Origin: a virus
Lineage: Duplodnaviria > Caudoviricetes
IMG/VR virus record: IMGVR_UViG_3300046662_000041
Location: 1 to 64,000 of that record
Strand: one strand, 5' to 3'
DNA length: 64,000 nucleotides
Below are positions 38,078 through 47,857 of the stretch, piece by piece. A program made the translations under genes and the position numbers. Position 1 is the stretch's first letter; each line of letters opens with the position of its first letter. The notes beneath the pieces were generated by a model, which was not told the origin of the DNA, searched no databases, and saw only the letters and a program-made list of their open reading frames with translations.

Positions 38078-39161
38078 CCAACATAGGCATAATCAACTCT
38101 TGGTCCCCGGGCACCTTTGGATTGCTAAACTTCACCAGATGCTTTGCATCGATGAAGTCTATTGAGATGGGCCCGTCAATCTGACCGCTGGCATCCAGTA
38201 CATATTTCGGATTGATCTTCAATTTGATGGCCTCGCCTGTAACCGTGGCACCTTCCGGAGTATCTTCGGATTCTCCTGCAACGCTCGCACTTGAGAGTAC
38301 GAAACCGCTGCTGTCAGCAGTCATGTAGATCGCGGCATCATCACCCTCGCCGGCAACCACTTGTGTGATCGAGATTGATCGCTTGAAGTTATCCGTGGAC
38401 ACCGCAACATTGGTCTTAAAGGTGACGTTAAGCAGTGCACGCTCATAGGCAGGAAACTTGACAAGGCTCTTCCGGATCAGCAGTTTTTCTTTGCCGGTCG
38501 TCAGGAAAAGATTGGTTTCGGATTCGGTGAATTCAACATCCACGTCATCACCGGTCATTTCCTTGATGAGTGGAAATGCGTCCTTAACCAACATAATCTT
38601 GAAGGTCGGCAATGCATATGGCACGTCCGAGATCGCAATGCGGAAGCCATCGGTGGCAACGCCGCGGAGCTGAGTCCCGTTGCTCTCAAACTGGATGACC
38701 GGTTGTGCATACCGCCCCTCTTTCGAAGGGACAGCATGCTCGATCTTCCTAATCAACATTCGTAGCACGCTGAGCTTGATGTGGTACTTCCCTTCCGGTT
38801 TCGTCTCAGGAATCGGAAACTCTGCCACAGGAACCGTCGGCAGCTTCGCTTTGAACTTGCCGGATTTGAGATTCAGCACATTGCCATCTACGTCGATCGA
38901 AATGGTTTTGTCACTCGGCAAGAGGTCCAGAAATTCTTGAGTCCGCTTGGCGGGCAACAGGAAGGATCCAGTGCCCGTCGTAGTGACCACAACCGTCTGG
39001 ATGATGCTCATCCCTAGATCGCTTGCTGTGATTGTGGCGATCGACCCATTGACATCAATCTTGGCATAGCTAAGGACTGGAATGGTGACCTTCGCCTGCA
39101 CGACACCCAAGGCCTTCTTGAGCACGCCAGACAATTCCTTCACAGATAATTCAATTTTCAT
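38043..39161 (-). CDS. dnaN: sliding clamp (Pol III beta-like)
   Basis: TIPVLS, ASDL, VATDGFRI, FPAY, INPKY, IMPM; AAGGAG RBS before ATG 39161. Confidence 0.92.
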   Translation of the reverse strand: MKIELSVKELSGVLKKALGVVQAKVTIPVLSYAKIDVNGSIATITASDLGMSIIQTVVVTTTGTGSFLLPAKRTQEFLDLLPSDKTISIDVDGNVLNLKSGKFKAKLPTVPVAEFPIPETKPEGKYHIKLSVLRMLIRKIEHAVPSKEGRYAQPVIQFESNGTQLRGVATDGFRIAISDVPYALPTFKIMLVKDAFPLIKEMTGDDVDVEFTESETNLFLTTGKEKLLIRKSLVKFPAYERALLNVTFKTNVAVSTDNFKRSISITQVVAGEGDDAAIYMTADSSGFVLSSASVAGESEDTPEGATVTGEAIKLKINPKYVLDASGQIDGPISIDFIDAKHLVKFSNPKVPGDQELIMPMLDAAKAEEKKAA

Positions 39162-39185
39162 CTTTCTTCTCCTTGAGGATTCCGG

Positions 39186-39215
39186 ACTATAGACTGAATC
39201 TGGGCCCAAAGTCAA
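39186..39215 (-). promoter_or_regulatory. sigma70-type promoter for dnaN
   Basis: TTGACT-N18-TATAGT. Confidence 0.65.
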
Positions 39216-39220
39216 GCTCT

Positions 39221-41224
39221 TTAACCAAAATCTTCTGGCTCGCCTATGTCGTGATGCCGCTCTTCGTGCGACCCAGCTTCCTGCTCAGGCCGGTTGGTCT
39301 GCTCAACAAATAAGCTATTCTCTTCTTGTAGAAGCAGCCGGACCTGTGGTTTGCCAGGACCTTTGAAACGAGTCTTCTTTGCAAACAAGCCCGTCTCAAG
39401 CTCGAGGATATCGTCCGGATCCTGACCATCACGCTGTGGCCGCCGATTCCTGTGCAGAAGGTAGATAGCTGCTGGAATGTCTCGAATCTCGCGGCTGCCT
39501 CGAAGGACGCCGTGCTCATTCTTTTTCAGGTTATCGATCCCCTCGGCTTCGGCGTTGGATTGGCAGATCAGCACGAAGATCGTACCGTACTTGTTTCCGA
39601 GAGCCTCGAGCCTCTTGATCATGGAGCCTTCGGCTTGAACCTGATTCATCTTGCTACCATCTGCAAAGATCAATCTGTGAAAAGTGTCGATTGCAAACCG
39701 TGTGGCGCCAAGGGTCCGGATCGTATTCTCGAGGAAGTCCAAAATCTCCTGCTCTGACTGGCCTATCACGTTGTGCCCGACATAGAAGCGGAAATCAACA
39801 CCGTTCTGCTTGGCATCAGCTTCAAGAATATCAGCCGCCTCAACGAAGTACTTCCGATCCATTCTGCCTGTGCGGCGGAGGCCACCCATCTTTGGTCCGA
39901 CTGTCTGACTTGTAACGAGGGCCAGGTACTCGTCGTCACGGATTTCTGGTGAGAGATCAACGACAACCTCACCGCGGATCGCTTCGTTGGTTAGGATCTG
40001 CGTCTTAAACATCGACTTGCCCGTGCCAGAATAGGTCGAATAGATGATCACAACGCCGCCGCGGGGTGTGTACGTCATCCGATCGACATTTTGCAGTGTC
40101 GGCGGAAAGTGCAGCCGGACAGGATCTGCGCCCATATCGGTCCCTTCGGTTGCACGTAATCTCTCATTCAATGGGACGAAGCCTTCGGGAGGCGCTTCCT
40201 TAGCTTTTTTCGACAATGCAGCAACTTCAAACTGAAACTTGCCTAGATCACCACCGCAAGCATTCATAAAGAAGTCGTTTGCGTCTTTCGTACCTTCGGG
40301 CCATACAAGCCAATGTGTGTTACCATCGAGCTCTTTGAGGAGCTTTCGCATATATTCATTCCCAACGCCGCCGTCATTATCTCCTGCCAGGAATATACGC
40401 TCCGCAAGTTTAAGCTTAATTCGAGATTGAGTGGTGATATCAACTCCCGCACTTGGGCAACTGACAGCCCTGAATCCGGCCTGTTCCAGGATGCAAGCAT
40501 CGAACTCACCTTCAGTGACGTACACAGGCTCGAGAGGGTTGATAGTATCCACATTGAACAGAGCTCTGGAGTCCATGTTGTTGACCTGGCTGAAAACTTT
40601 ATCCACGATTGAGCGAAACTTGATTGCAATGATGCGGTCATCGTCAATTCGTGGGATAGCAATCCATCCTTTCGAACGGACTGCATCACAACCGTCCTTA
40701 ATCCTGTAAATATGGGTTTGGACGTAACCGAGCTTCCGATTTCGGATCTCATCGTCTTGAATGCCTCGCACTTTTCTGAGCCAGTCAAGTGCTGCTTGAT
40801 TGGCCCATAATGATTTGATTGCTCTGCTTTCCCATTGCTCAAGTGTGTAGACTGTCTTGGGTTTTTTCGACTCGATCGCACTGAAGTTTTCCTGGACCTG
40901 ATGGGCACCTTCAATCCACTTCGTATTCTCTGAGAAGTCACCGTCAGTGCCATCGACAATCTGCTTCAACTTTTGGATTGCCAGAGCCGAGTCACAATGA
41001 TCAAACAGCTCTATGAATGTGATGACGTCTCCACCTTTGCCACAGCCGAAGCACTTCCACAACCAGGTACCTTGCTTTGTATCGAGATGGAAGCTTGGCG
41101 TCTTATCCTCGTGAAAAGGGCACCGTGCAATGAAGCCTGCACCTTCCTGTTTCAAAGGCCAGCGGCCACCAATGATAGCTGGCACATTTGCACGCTTCTT
41201 TATTGCGTCAAGATCCTTGGGCAT
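39221..41224 (-). CDS. primase-helicase (CHC2 zinc finger, TOPRIM, SF4 helicase)
   Basis: CPFHEDKTPSF...CFGC, TEGEFD, DND, KDAND, SGTGKS, LRGS. Confidence 0.92.
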   Translation of the reverse strand: MPKDLDAIKKRANVPAIIGGRWPLKQEGAGFIARCPFHEDKTPSFHLDTKQGTWLWKCFGCGKGGDVITFIELFDHCDSALAIQKLKQIVDGTDGDFSENTKWIEGAHQVQENFSAIESKKPKTVYTLEQWESRAIKSLWANQAALDWLRKVRGIQDDEIRNRKLGYVQTHIYRIKDGCDAVRSKGWIAIPRIDDDRIIAIKFRSIVDKVFSQVNNMDSRALFNVDTINPLEPVYVTEGEFDACILEQAGFRAVSCPSAGVDITTQSRIKLKLAERIFLAGDNDGGVGNEYMRKLLKELDGNTHWLVWPEGTKDANDFFMNACGGDLGKFQFEVAALSKKAKEAPPEGFVPLNERLRATEGTDMGADPVRLHFPPTLQNVDRMTYTPRGGVVIIYSTYSGTGKSMFKTQILTNEAIRGEVVVDLSPEIRDDEYLALVTSQTVGPKMGGLRRTGRMDRKYFVEAADILEADAKQNGVDFRFYVGHNVIGQSEQEILDFLENTIRTLGATRFAIDTFHRLIFADGSKMNQVQAEGSMIKRLEALGNKYGTIFVLICQSNAEAEGIDNLKKNEHGVLRGSREIRDIPAAIYLLHRNRRPQRDGQDPDDILELETGLFAKKTRFKGPGKPQVRLLLQEENSLFVEQTNRPEQEAGSHEERHHDIGEPEDFG

Positions 41225-42230
41225 TTGTTTCCTCAGGGAAGGACGTGGTTAAGAAATCTTCGCCGCTGGGCTCGACGTCGCTTATGCTGACCGTGCCATC
41301 TTCGCGCTTGACGGATGGATGCTGCTTGTAATATGCGTCGAGCGCTGTTGCATTAGTTGCGTCGATGATTTCAGTGGTCAGCTTCTGGCGAGCAGTGTTG
41401 AGTGGAATTACCTTGCCCATGTATTCTTCTGCCACTTTGACAAATTCAGGGAGTGGCCACGGCGTATCGATAAATTGACCGCAGTCTTGAATCCAAAGCT
41501 CGAAAGCAGGTACCATCAGGTCAGCAGAGTGATTGTCGCAAAGTCGCTCCCACTCCTCGGGATATTTGCTTGGATAGCGGCAGACGGCGGCAGGGCCCTT
41601 AACTTTGATCCATGCTCTTTCAAAATGCTTGTGAATTGCCTTCGCACTCGTGCCAGGATACTGATGTCGCTTGAAGAATCCTGGCTGACCTGATTTTAGA
41701 TTGCTGGCTGTGTCAATTGGTTGATGTTGTACTTCGTCGAGCACGCTACCGACAGAAGAAACCGCAGTCCTAATCCCTCCCTTATCCTTATCCAAATCCA
41801 AACCAATACCCTGTGCGAAGTTTTCGCTAGTTTGGGGCTCGTTACTAGCTAGTCCATCAGCTTCTGGAAATAAGAAACGCTTTCCTCTTGCAAACTTATA
41901 CCACTCGCCGCGAGGAGGAAGGCACTCATCACCGTTCGTCCAGTAACCCCATCGCTTACCTTCCTTATCAGTTCGTGTTAACAAAAGTCCACAGCGGGTA
42001 AACTCAGCAAGCATTGCCGCAACTCTTTCGACCGTCCATCCTCCCCGTCCGTTGATTTGTCGTGCTGGGGCATAACATGCCGCCCAAACTTTCTGAGGGT
42101 CACACTCAAACGTGCCATCACAGAGTGCCAGCGCGTGAATCCAAGCATACTCTCCCCTAAAGGCATCAGGCTCGACCTTACGGAGCTTGTCTGACGTCCA
42201 GGCTTTATCACTAAAGAGACGCTTTGGCAT
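41208..42230 (-). CDS. putative replication initiator/replisome organizer
   Basis: MPKR...WTSDK N-terminus and GLDLDKDKG linker typical of phage initiators; upstream of primase-helicase. Confidence 0.6.
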   Translation of the reverse strand: MPKRLFSDKAWTSDKLRKVEPDAFRGEYAWIHALALCDGTFECDPQKVWAACYAPARQINGRGGWTVERVAAMLAEFTRCGLLLTRTDKEGKRWGYWTNGDECLPPRGEWYKFARGKRFLFPEADGLASNEPQTSENFAQGIGLDLDKDKGGIRTAVSSVGSVLDEVQHQPIDTASNLKSGQPGFFKRHQYPGTSAKAIHKHFERAWIKVKGPAAVCRYPSKYPEEWERLCDNHSADLMVPAFELWIQDCGQFIDTPWPLPEFVKVAEEYMGKVIPLNTARQKLTTEIIDATNATALDAYYKQHPSVKREDGTVSISDVEPSGEDFLTTSFPEETNAQGS

Positions 42231-43414
42231 TATTCCTCAATTGACTGGTCAAGCCACTCCTCACCTAATCTTGTGAGGAATTTGTCGCGGCCTTCAGGAT
42301 CGCGGCCGCAGATATATCGCATATCACAGTGCGGACACTTCTCGTCAGGGAAGCGCACTCCTGGCTCCATCGGATAAAACTGCTCTTCATGCGAAACGAC
42401 CATCTCAACCGTCGTCAGACCCACAAGTCGGCCCATCTCCTCGATCGTTTCCTCTGGTAGTCTGGCGGCACCAAACTGGAGACGTTGCTTGGAGAGCATA
42501 CGAGACGGGACAAGCATCGCCTTGCCTTCATTCAGAAATTTCTTAGATGCCACATCTGCAATTTTTCCCTTTAACGCATATCCGTCAGCCCCATTCGTTG
42601 CCTCATCATAAGCCCGCTGGACGTCACCAGTAGAAATCCATACTGAGTCACCATCCTTGTCCAGGACGAAAAGCTCTTGGCCAGCTTGGTACCTGCCAGC
42701 CGCCTCAAGCAAGGTTATGCGACTCCCACACTTCATACCGTGACTCTTCTTTACAAGCCAGAGGAAGGCAACGTCATACTCCTGTTTCATCCACGCGTAT
42801 TCGATTAACTGCGGATCCAATGCGACAAACATTTCCACAAGATCCTTGCTGGCCGTCTTGATATCGATCAAGACCGTGCGCTTGTCCGGCGGATAGGTTT
42901 CCAGGGCCGGCAGCATCGAGTGATGTGGATACGTTTGGCAGATTACGTCAAGGATTGCTGTGTTGACGATTCCTGCGTAAGACGTGCCAGGAAATACCTC
43001 TTTCCATAAGGGCACCTGAAATCGTGCATTCTGCATCGGCAACTTAGGGTAGCGAAGCTCAAAGATCCGCATCAGCTCTACGCCACATCTCAGCAGATTC
43101 TCCCAACTCTCTTCAACGTTGGAATACTCGAGCTTCGGAAATTCCGGCAGGGCCTGGATGTCATGCCACAGCTCAGCAAACCGCATTACACCGCCGAAAC
43201 CTCCGCTTTCAACGTGAAAGCGAATCGCGTCTTCAATCTTGTGGCCAAAATAAGTCGCTGCAGCTAATCGCTTGGCCCGATAGCCCAGCACATACTGAAG
43301 CTGAAACTGCCGCTTGCAAAACTTAAACGATTTTCGAGCGCTGTAAGAGCCCGAGGCCTTGAAGGTACCGTCAGGTTTGACGTATAGTATGCTGTGGGCG
43401 TTGGGCATTTGCAA
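42230..43414 (-). CDS. PD-(D/E)XK (RecB/Cas4-like) nuclease
   Basis: SYS...C.RQF, ILD...IDIKT, QL..Y, C-terminal CPHCD...C. Confidence 0.8.
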   Translation of the reverse strand: MQMPNAHSILYVKPDGTFKASGSYSARKSFKFCKRQFQLQYVLGYRAKRLAAATYFGHKIEDAIRFHVESGGFGGVMRFAELWHDIQALPEFPKLEYSNVEESWENLLRCGVELMRIFELRYPKLPMQNARFQVPLWKEVFPGTSYAGIVNTAILDVICQTYPHHSMLPALETYPPDKRTVLIDIKTASKDLVEMFVALDPQLIEYAWMKQEYDVAFLWLVKKSHGMKCGSRITLLEAAGRYQAGQELFVLDKDGDSVWISTGDVQRAYDEATNGADGYALKGKIADVASKKFLNEGKAMLVPSRMLSKQRLQFGAARLPEETIEEMGRLVGLTTVEMVVSHEEQFYPMEPGVRFPDEKCPHCDMRYICGRDPEGRDKFLTRLGEEWLDQSIEE

Positions 43415-45221
43415 TCATCACATGTAGAAAATCAGGCTCACTCAGGTCCGCTGCAAGAATATGGCCGCGAATGTATGGCGATGGCACTGTATTGCAAGAG
43501 ATGTGCAGCTCTTTGGCAGCTCGACTAATTGCAACAAAGTAGATCCTTGCTTCTTCGTCAGGATCACCATTGATATGTGGCAGCACCTCGTCGTTAACAC
43601 CTACCACATAAACACTATTCCACTCTTTGCCTTTGCTTTGGTGAATCGTCGAAAGGGTCAATCGATCCTTAGAAGTCGATCTGGTCGCGGCCTTAGCCTT
43701 GAGGCAGGAGTAAACAAAATCGAAGAGGCTAGACTTATTCTCAGCCATCCGCAGTAGCGTCCGCACGTTGTCAGCCGGATTGTTATCAATGGCGTCTTCA
43801 TCATCTTCGTAATGGTGCAGTATGGAGAAATTAGTGATGATGTTTCGGAGTGCATCTTGTGCGGCCTTCCCGCGGATTGACTTTGCAGTGTCCTGCAGAC
43901 GGAAGTGGAGGTCAAGCACTTTACTGGTCTGCTCGTGATCGGATACCCGAAACTTACCAAGCAACTGTGCGAAGGTCGTTTTACCAATGCTCCCGCGTTG
44001 CATGTCAGCGAGTGCGTCGAGTGTCTCACCCTTCTTGATAAACCGCGTGCAGTCGAAAGGGCTCTTGATAATCGTTTTGATGACGTGGTCGGTGGGATTG
44101 ATGAAGTACTGTGCGAAAGCGAGCGTGCAATTCACTTCCTCTTGGTGGAAGAAGCCCGACTTGCCAAGCAGTCTGTATTTGATATCTTTCTCACCACATA
44201 GACGCTCAAATGCAGCAAGCTGACGGTTGGTCCTGGCCAGGATGGCCGTCTGCTCATGCGAGCCCATTCCTTCGATGATCTTTTGGGCTTCGAGGTCGTC
44301 ATCAGCATAACGCACGAAGGTTGGCTCAACACCATAAGGATTCCGCGTCCGCATCTCTGTCTTCACGGGCGCAACTGACATCATGTACTTCACGATCGCG
44401 CCCGTTGACCGATAATTCTCAGGCAGGTAAAGCAGTCGGCCGTTTGGAAATCGTTCGATGAATCTTGTCGTGAGCCCCTCCGGATCTGAGCCACGCCAAG
44501 AGTACATATTCTGATTTGGGTCACCGACGCAGAAGACATTACCGTGACGCTGCGTCAAAAGCTGGACAAGGCGCCATTGTACTTCATCATTGTCCTGGGC
44601 CTCATCGCACTGGACATAATCCATCTGATGTCGCTCAAGGATATCGCTGCGGCTCTCTAGCAACCGCACGGTCTCAATCAGGATCGAATCGAAGTCCAGC
44701 TTGCCGATCTGCTTGCACTTCTCTTCATAACGCTCATAGATTTGTGCATAGGCTTCGCCAAACTCACCGTCAGCTTGGTCCCAGGCTTTTTCAGGTGACA
44801 TGTTGTGCCGTTTGAAGCCACTGATCGCTGCCTGTACATCTCGATACTTCAAACGCTTGGAAGCTTGCTTGATGAGCGGGACAAGGATTTTGAATTGCTC
44901 GAGAAGTAAGGGCCAGTGACTTACCTCAAACGAGAATTCTTCCCGCTCGCGAGTCACAAAATCCAATGCCCAGCCATGGAATGTCCGGAAGATCCGCGGC
45001 TTGTTAGGTCCGGGAACGTACTTTGATCGCGCTTCAAACTCCTTAGCTGCTTCCTTCGTGAAAGTCAGGCCCAGAAAGCTCGAAGGCACAGTGCCTTCAT
45101 TAAGGATTGCTCTAGCGCGGAATGAAAAGACTGTGGTCTTTCCGCTTCCAGGAATGGCCGTAACGTTGTAAGCACCGTGCCGGGTCGCGATCGCAGCCCG
45201 TTGCTCCGCATTTAGATCCAA
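43371..45221 (-). CDS. UvrD/PcrA-like SF1 helicase
   Basis: PGSGKTT, TFH, DEAQD, GDPNQ, NYRST, TIHQSKGKE, RI.FVAISRA. Confidence 0.95.
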   Translation of the reverse strand: MDLNAEQRAAIATRHGAYNVTAIPGSGKTTVFSFRARAILNEGTVPSSFLGLTFTKEAAKEFEARSKYVPGPNKPRIFRTFHGWALDFVTREREEFSFEVSHWPLLLEQFKILVPLIKQASKRLKYRDVQAAISGFKRHNMSPEKAWDQADGEFGEAYAQIYERYEEKCKQIGKLDFDSILIETVRLLESRSDILERHQMDYVQCDEAQDNDEVQWRLVQLLTQRHGNVFCVGDPNQNMYSWRGSDPEGLTTRFIERFPNGRLLYLPENYRSTGAIVKYMMSVAPVKTEMRTRNPYGVEPTFVRYADDDLEAQKIIEGMGSHEQTAILARTNRQLAAFERLCGEKDIKYRLLGKSGFFHQEEVNCTLAFAQYFINPTDHVIKTIIKSPFDCTRFIKKGETLDALADMQRGSIGKTTFAQLLGKFRVSDHEQTSKVLDLHFRLQDTAKSIRGKAAQDALRNIITNFSILHHYEDDEDAIDNNPADNVRTLLRMAENKSSLFDFVYSCLKAKAATRSTSKDRLTLSTIHQSKGKEWNSVYVVGVNDEVLPHINGDPDEEARIYFVAISRAAKELHISCNTVPSPYIRGHILAADLSEPDFLHVMIANAQRPQHTIRQT

Positions 45222-45402
45222 CTATTCCTCTAGTTTCTTCCGCGGCAGATTAAGCGGTTGAGCGTAGACATGCATCACTGGAGATTGTACAGGACCACAA
45301 GAGCTGAATTCTGGGGCGTGGCACAAATCTGACAGTCGCTCGGCTTCGATTCGTGAACGCGCCGACAAAGCGACAAAAGGCGGCACTCCACGCCCTAGAA
45401 AT

Positions 45403-45831
45403 TTAGAAAGGAATATCTTCGTCGCTAATCTCAGTACCCGTTGGGCCACTGTCATTTTTTGTCCCTTCATATGCTTCAGCAGGTGGAGCTTCGGGCTTGG
45501 CACCACGCTCGCCACCGCCTAGCATTTTGAGCTCACGGGCCACAATTTCTGTGGAATAATGGGTCACGCCTTCTTTCTCCCACTTCCGCGTCTCAATCTT
45601 GCCCTCGATGAAGACTAACATGCCTTTCGTGACATACTGCTGAACAATTTCGGCCAATTTTCCCCAAGCGACAATACGGTGCCACTCTGTCTTTTTCTGC
45701 TTATCACCGTTGCGATCCTTGTAGGATTCATCGGTAGCCACGGAGAAGTTGCAAACGGCTGTGCCGCTTTGTGTGTAACGCGTCTCGGGATCTTTTCCCA
45801 ATCTTCCAACTATTATGGCCTTGTTCACCAT
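45403..45831 (-). CDS. ssb: single-stranded DNA-binding protein
   Basis: NKAIIVGRLGKDPE...TEWH...C-terminal DEDIPF; AAGGAG RBS. Confidence 0.97.
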   Translation of the reverse strand: MVNKAIIVGRLGKDPETRYTQSGTAVCNFSVATDESYKDRNGDKQKKTEWHRIVAWGKLAEIVQQYVTKGMLVFIEGKIETRKWEKEGVTHYSTEIVARELKMLGGGERGAKPEAPPAEAYEGTKNDSGPTGTEISDEDIPF

Positions 45832-46211
45832 ATTTGACTCTCCTTGAATGTTTGAATACGATGGCAATTTGAGCAAAGAATCTTACACTTTTTCGCTTCG
45901 GCTTGGATCGCCGCAAGCGTCATGTATTTGGCGATCATGTGGGCGATCGTGAATCTTTTCAGGTGTCGCTTGACATGATGAAAATCTAAAGCAGCGTGGT
46001 GCTTCTTGAAACCACATTTATAGCAGCCCTTTCTTAACTTATAGCCGCGAGCCCACTTTCGAAGAGCAAGTAAATGTCGCTTCCGCCACCGCAAATTTCG
46101 TTTTCTTCGAAGGTTGGTACTCTTCGGCCTAGCCTCATATTTCTTGCGCCAGCGGCGTCGGGCAGGGCGCTGCTCATATTCACGCTGCCAAACTTGTTTA
46201 TTGAAACTCAC
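45825..46211 (-). CDS. HNH endonuclease
   Basis: CYKCG...LDFHH...KC.ILCSNCHR. Confidence 0.85.
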   Translation of the reverse strand: MSFNKQVWQREYEQRPARRRWRKKYEARPKSTNLRRKRNLRWRKRHLLALRKWARGYKLRKGCYKCGFKKHHAALDFHHVKRHLKRFTIAHMIAKYMTLAAIQAEAKKCKILCSNCHRIQTFKESQIW

Positions 46212-47434
46212 TTGCCTTTCAGGATCGCGAGCGTTTCAGCAGGCTTGCCGGCTTCGAGTTTGGACAGGACAGCTTCCCAATTTTCGACCGTGCCATATTG
46301 AATGTCACTGACGCCGAGGGCCTTCCTTAGATAAGGTAGGACCAATTCGGAGCCATTTTTGCAACCAGCCTTCGGCAACACATCACGCACAAGCTTCGTG
46401 CACCGTGCCGTGAAGATTTTGAATTTGATAGGATCACATTTCTGCATAGGACGGCAGTGGCGAGTCTCGGAGCTATCCGGAATCTTTGGAATGCCACCGG
46501 TCGTGGATGGGGCAGACTCTGTTTTCGGGGCGCTCTTCGTGATTGAAGGCTGCGTTACAAAGACATCTTTTGGGAATAACGTTGTCTCCATCTCTTTCGG
46601 TGGAGGCGTTGTGCTTTCAAATGGTGAAGGTTGAAACATCATCGCTGGCAAATCTTCATCAGTGCCAACATAAGCGGTTGGTGGCTCTTCTGTTGCCGCC
46701 GGAATTGGCGCAGGCTCTTCATCGAAGATCGAAGGTGGGCCGGCCGCAGGGGCCGGCTTATCTTTTTTGATATGCTCGGCCTGTGAATCAGTTTGCTTGT
46801 TGACCTCAGCAGAGAATGTAGCCAGAGCTCTTTCCGTTAATGCTTCAGATGGTGCTGGTATACCTGGTGGTGATAATATAGGCATTTTGAATTCGGTTTC
46901 TTCTGCTGAGGCATGATTCACTCGGGGCACCTCGACTTTCACGGGCTCAGCAGCCTTAATCGTCGACACCTCCGTCTCCTCATCCAGCAGACCGATCCCG
47001 GCCAAAGCAATCGTCAAACGGCGATGAGCCATCGTCTCTGCAGCCAGGAAAGCGTTTGCTTTGGCTTGGCCATACAAGCCGGTCAAATCGCGCGCGCCAC
47101 TGGCAACTTCTGTGCGCGTGAAGGGCAGGGTATTTAGAAAGGCTCCAGAATTACTGACCGATCCTGTCACCGTGACAACAACCACATTGTCGATGACTTG
47201 TACATGCGCAGCAGAAATGCTGATGACGCGATTGTGTCGTAGTTGCTGGGCGCCTGGCTTTCTGATAGCAAGATGGACCTTGCCTTGCTCGTCCGTGAAA
47301 AAGCCAATCGGGGAGGTCAAAGGATTGAGGCCAAAAGAAGTGCAGACTTCGTTGTATAACGTCGTGCGTGCTGCTTCGTCTAGACTACTGAGATCACCGC
47401 CAGCCAACGCACGATCAATTAACATTTCGGGCAT
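46208..47434 (-). CDS. single-strand annealing protein (RecT/Redbeta-like) with Pro-rich linker
   Basis: GDLSSL...VC..FGLNPL...ANA..AAET.A.RR; next to ssb, UvrD and the nuclease; GGAG RBS before ATG 47434. Confidence 0.65.
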   Translation of the reverse strand: MPEMLIDRALAGGDLSSLDEAARTTLYNEVCTSFGLNPLTSPIGFFTDEQGKVHLAIRKPGAQQLRHNRVISISAAHVQVIDNVVVVTVTGSVSNSGAFLNTLPFTRTEVASGARDLTGLYGQAKANAFLAAETMAHRRLTIALAGIGLLDEETEVSTIKAAEPVKVEVPRVNHASAEETEFKMPILSPPGIPAPSEALTERALATFSAEVNKQTDSQAEHIKKDKPAPAAGPPSIFDEEPAPIPAATEEPPTAYVGTDEDLPAMMFQPSPFESTTPPPKEMETTLFPKDVFVTQPSITKSAPKTESAPSTTGGIPKIPDSSETRHCRPMQKCDPIKFKIFTARCTKLVRDVLPKAGCKNGSELVLPYLRKALGVSDIQYGTVENWEAVLSKLEAGKPAETLAILKGK

Positions 47435-47542
47435 TAGGACTCCAAAAGGTAGGGCCGTTAGATACCGGCCCATTGTGTATTATGTAGCAAGTTTTGGGAT
47501 GATCTACCTGCCTTAATAAGAAGTCAAGCGATTTTCTAACCA

Positions 47543-47586
47543 GTACTAAAGTACTATTGCCACAATCATCAGCTCGCATATATGCT
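47543..47586 (+). promoter_or_regulatory. GTAC-box promoter, copy 4
   Basis: GTACTAAAGTAC-TA-TTGCCA-N18-TATGCT. Confidence 0.75.
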
Positions 47587-47611
47587 CCTGTAAGATGAAA
47601 GAGGAAACAAA

Positions 47612-47809
47612 ATGATGGGAGCTTCATATAAAACCAAGAAAGAGCTTAAGCTGGCGATTGGGCAGCAGTTGCGCTATGAGGAAACTTCATTCTTTGGTCT
47701 GGAATACAAAGATAATGGTCAATTCTCTGTAGTAGGGCCATCGCCAACGGAACGTAAGTGGTATGCCCGCGTCACGATAAAAGATGGTAAGATAGTGAAG
47801 GTGGAATAG
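47612..47809 (+). CDS. small conserved-type phage hypothetical protein
   Basis: YKTKKELK..IGQ.L.Y.ETS.FG.EY...RKWYA; GAGG RBS. Confidence 0.7.
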   Translation: MMGASYKTKKELKLAIGQQLRYEETSFFGLEYKDNGQFSVVGPSPTERKWYARVTIKDGKIVKVE

Positions 47810-47857
47810 TCAATAAAGTGCTTGACAAACGAATCAGCACCAGAGAGGATGCAAAGT

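Noticed and set aside
41768-41812. Short TTATCC/AAATCC repeats as origin iterons
   Set aside because: Explained by the low-complexity GLDLDKDKG coding linker; an origin here is possible but unsupported.
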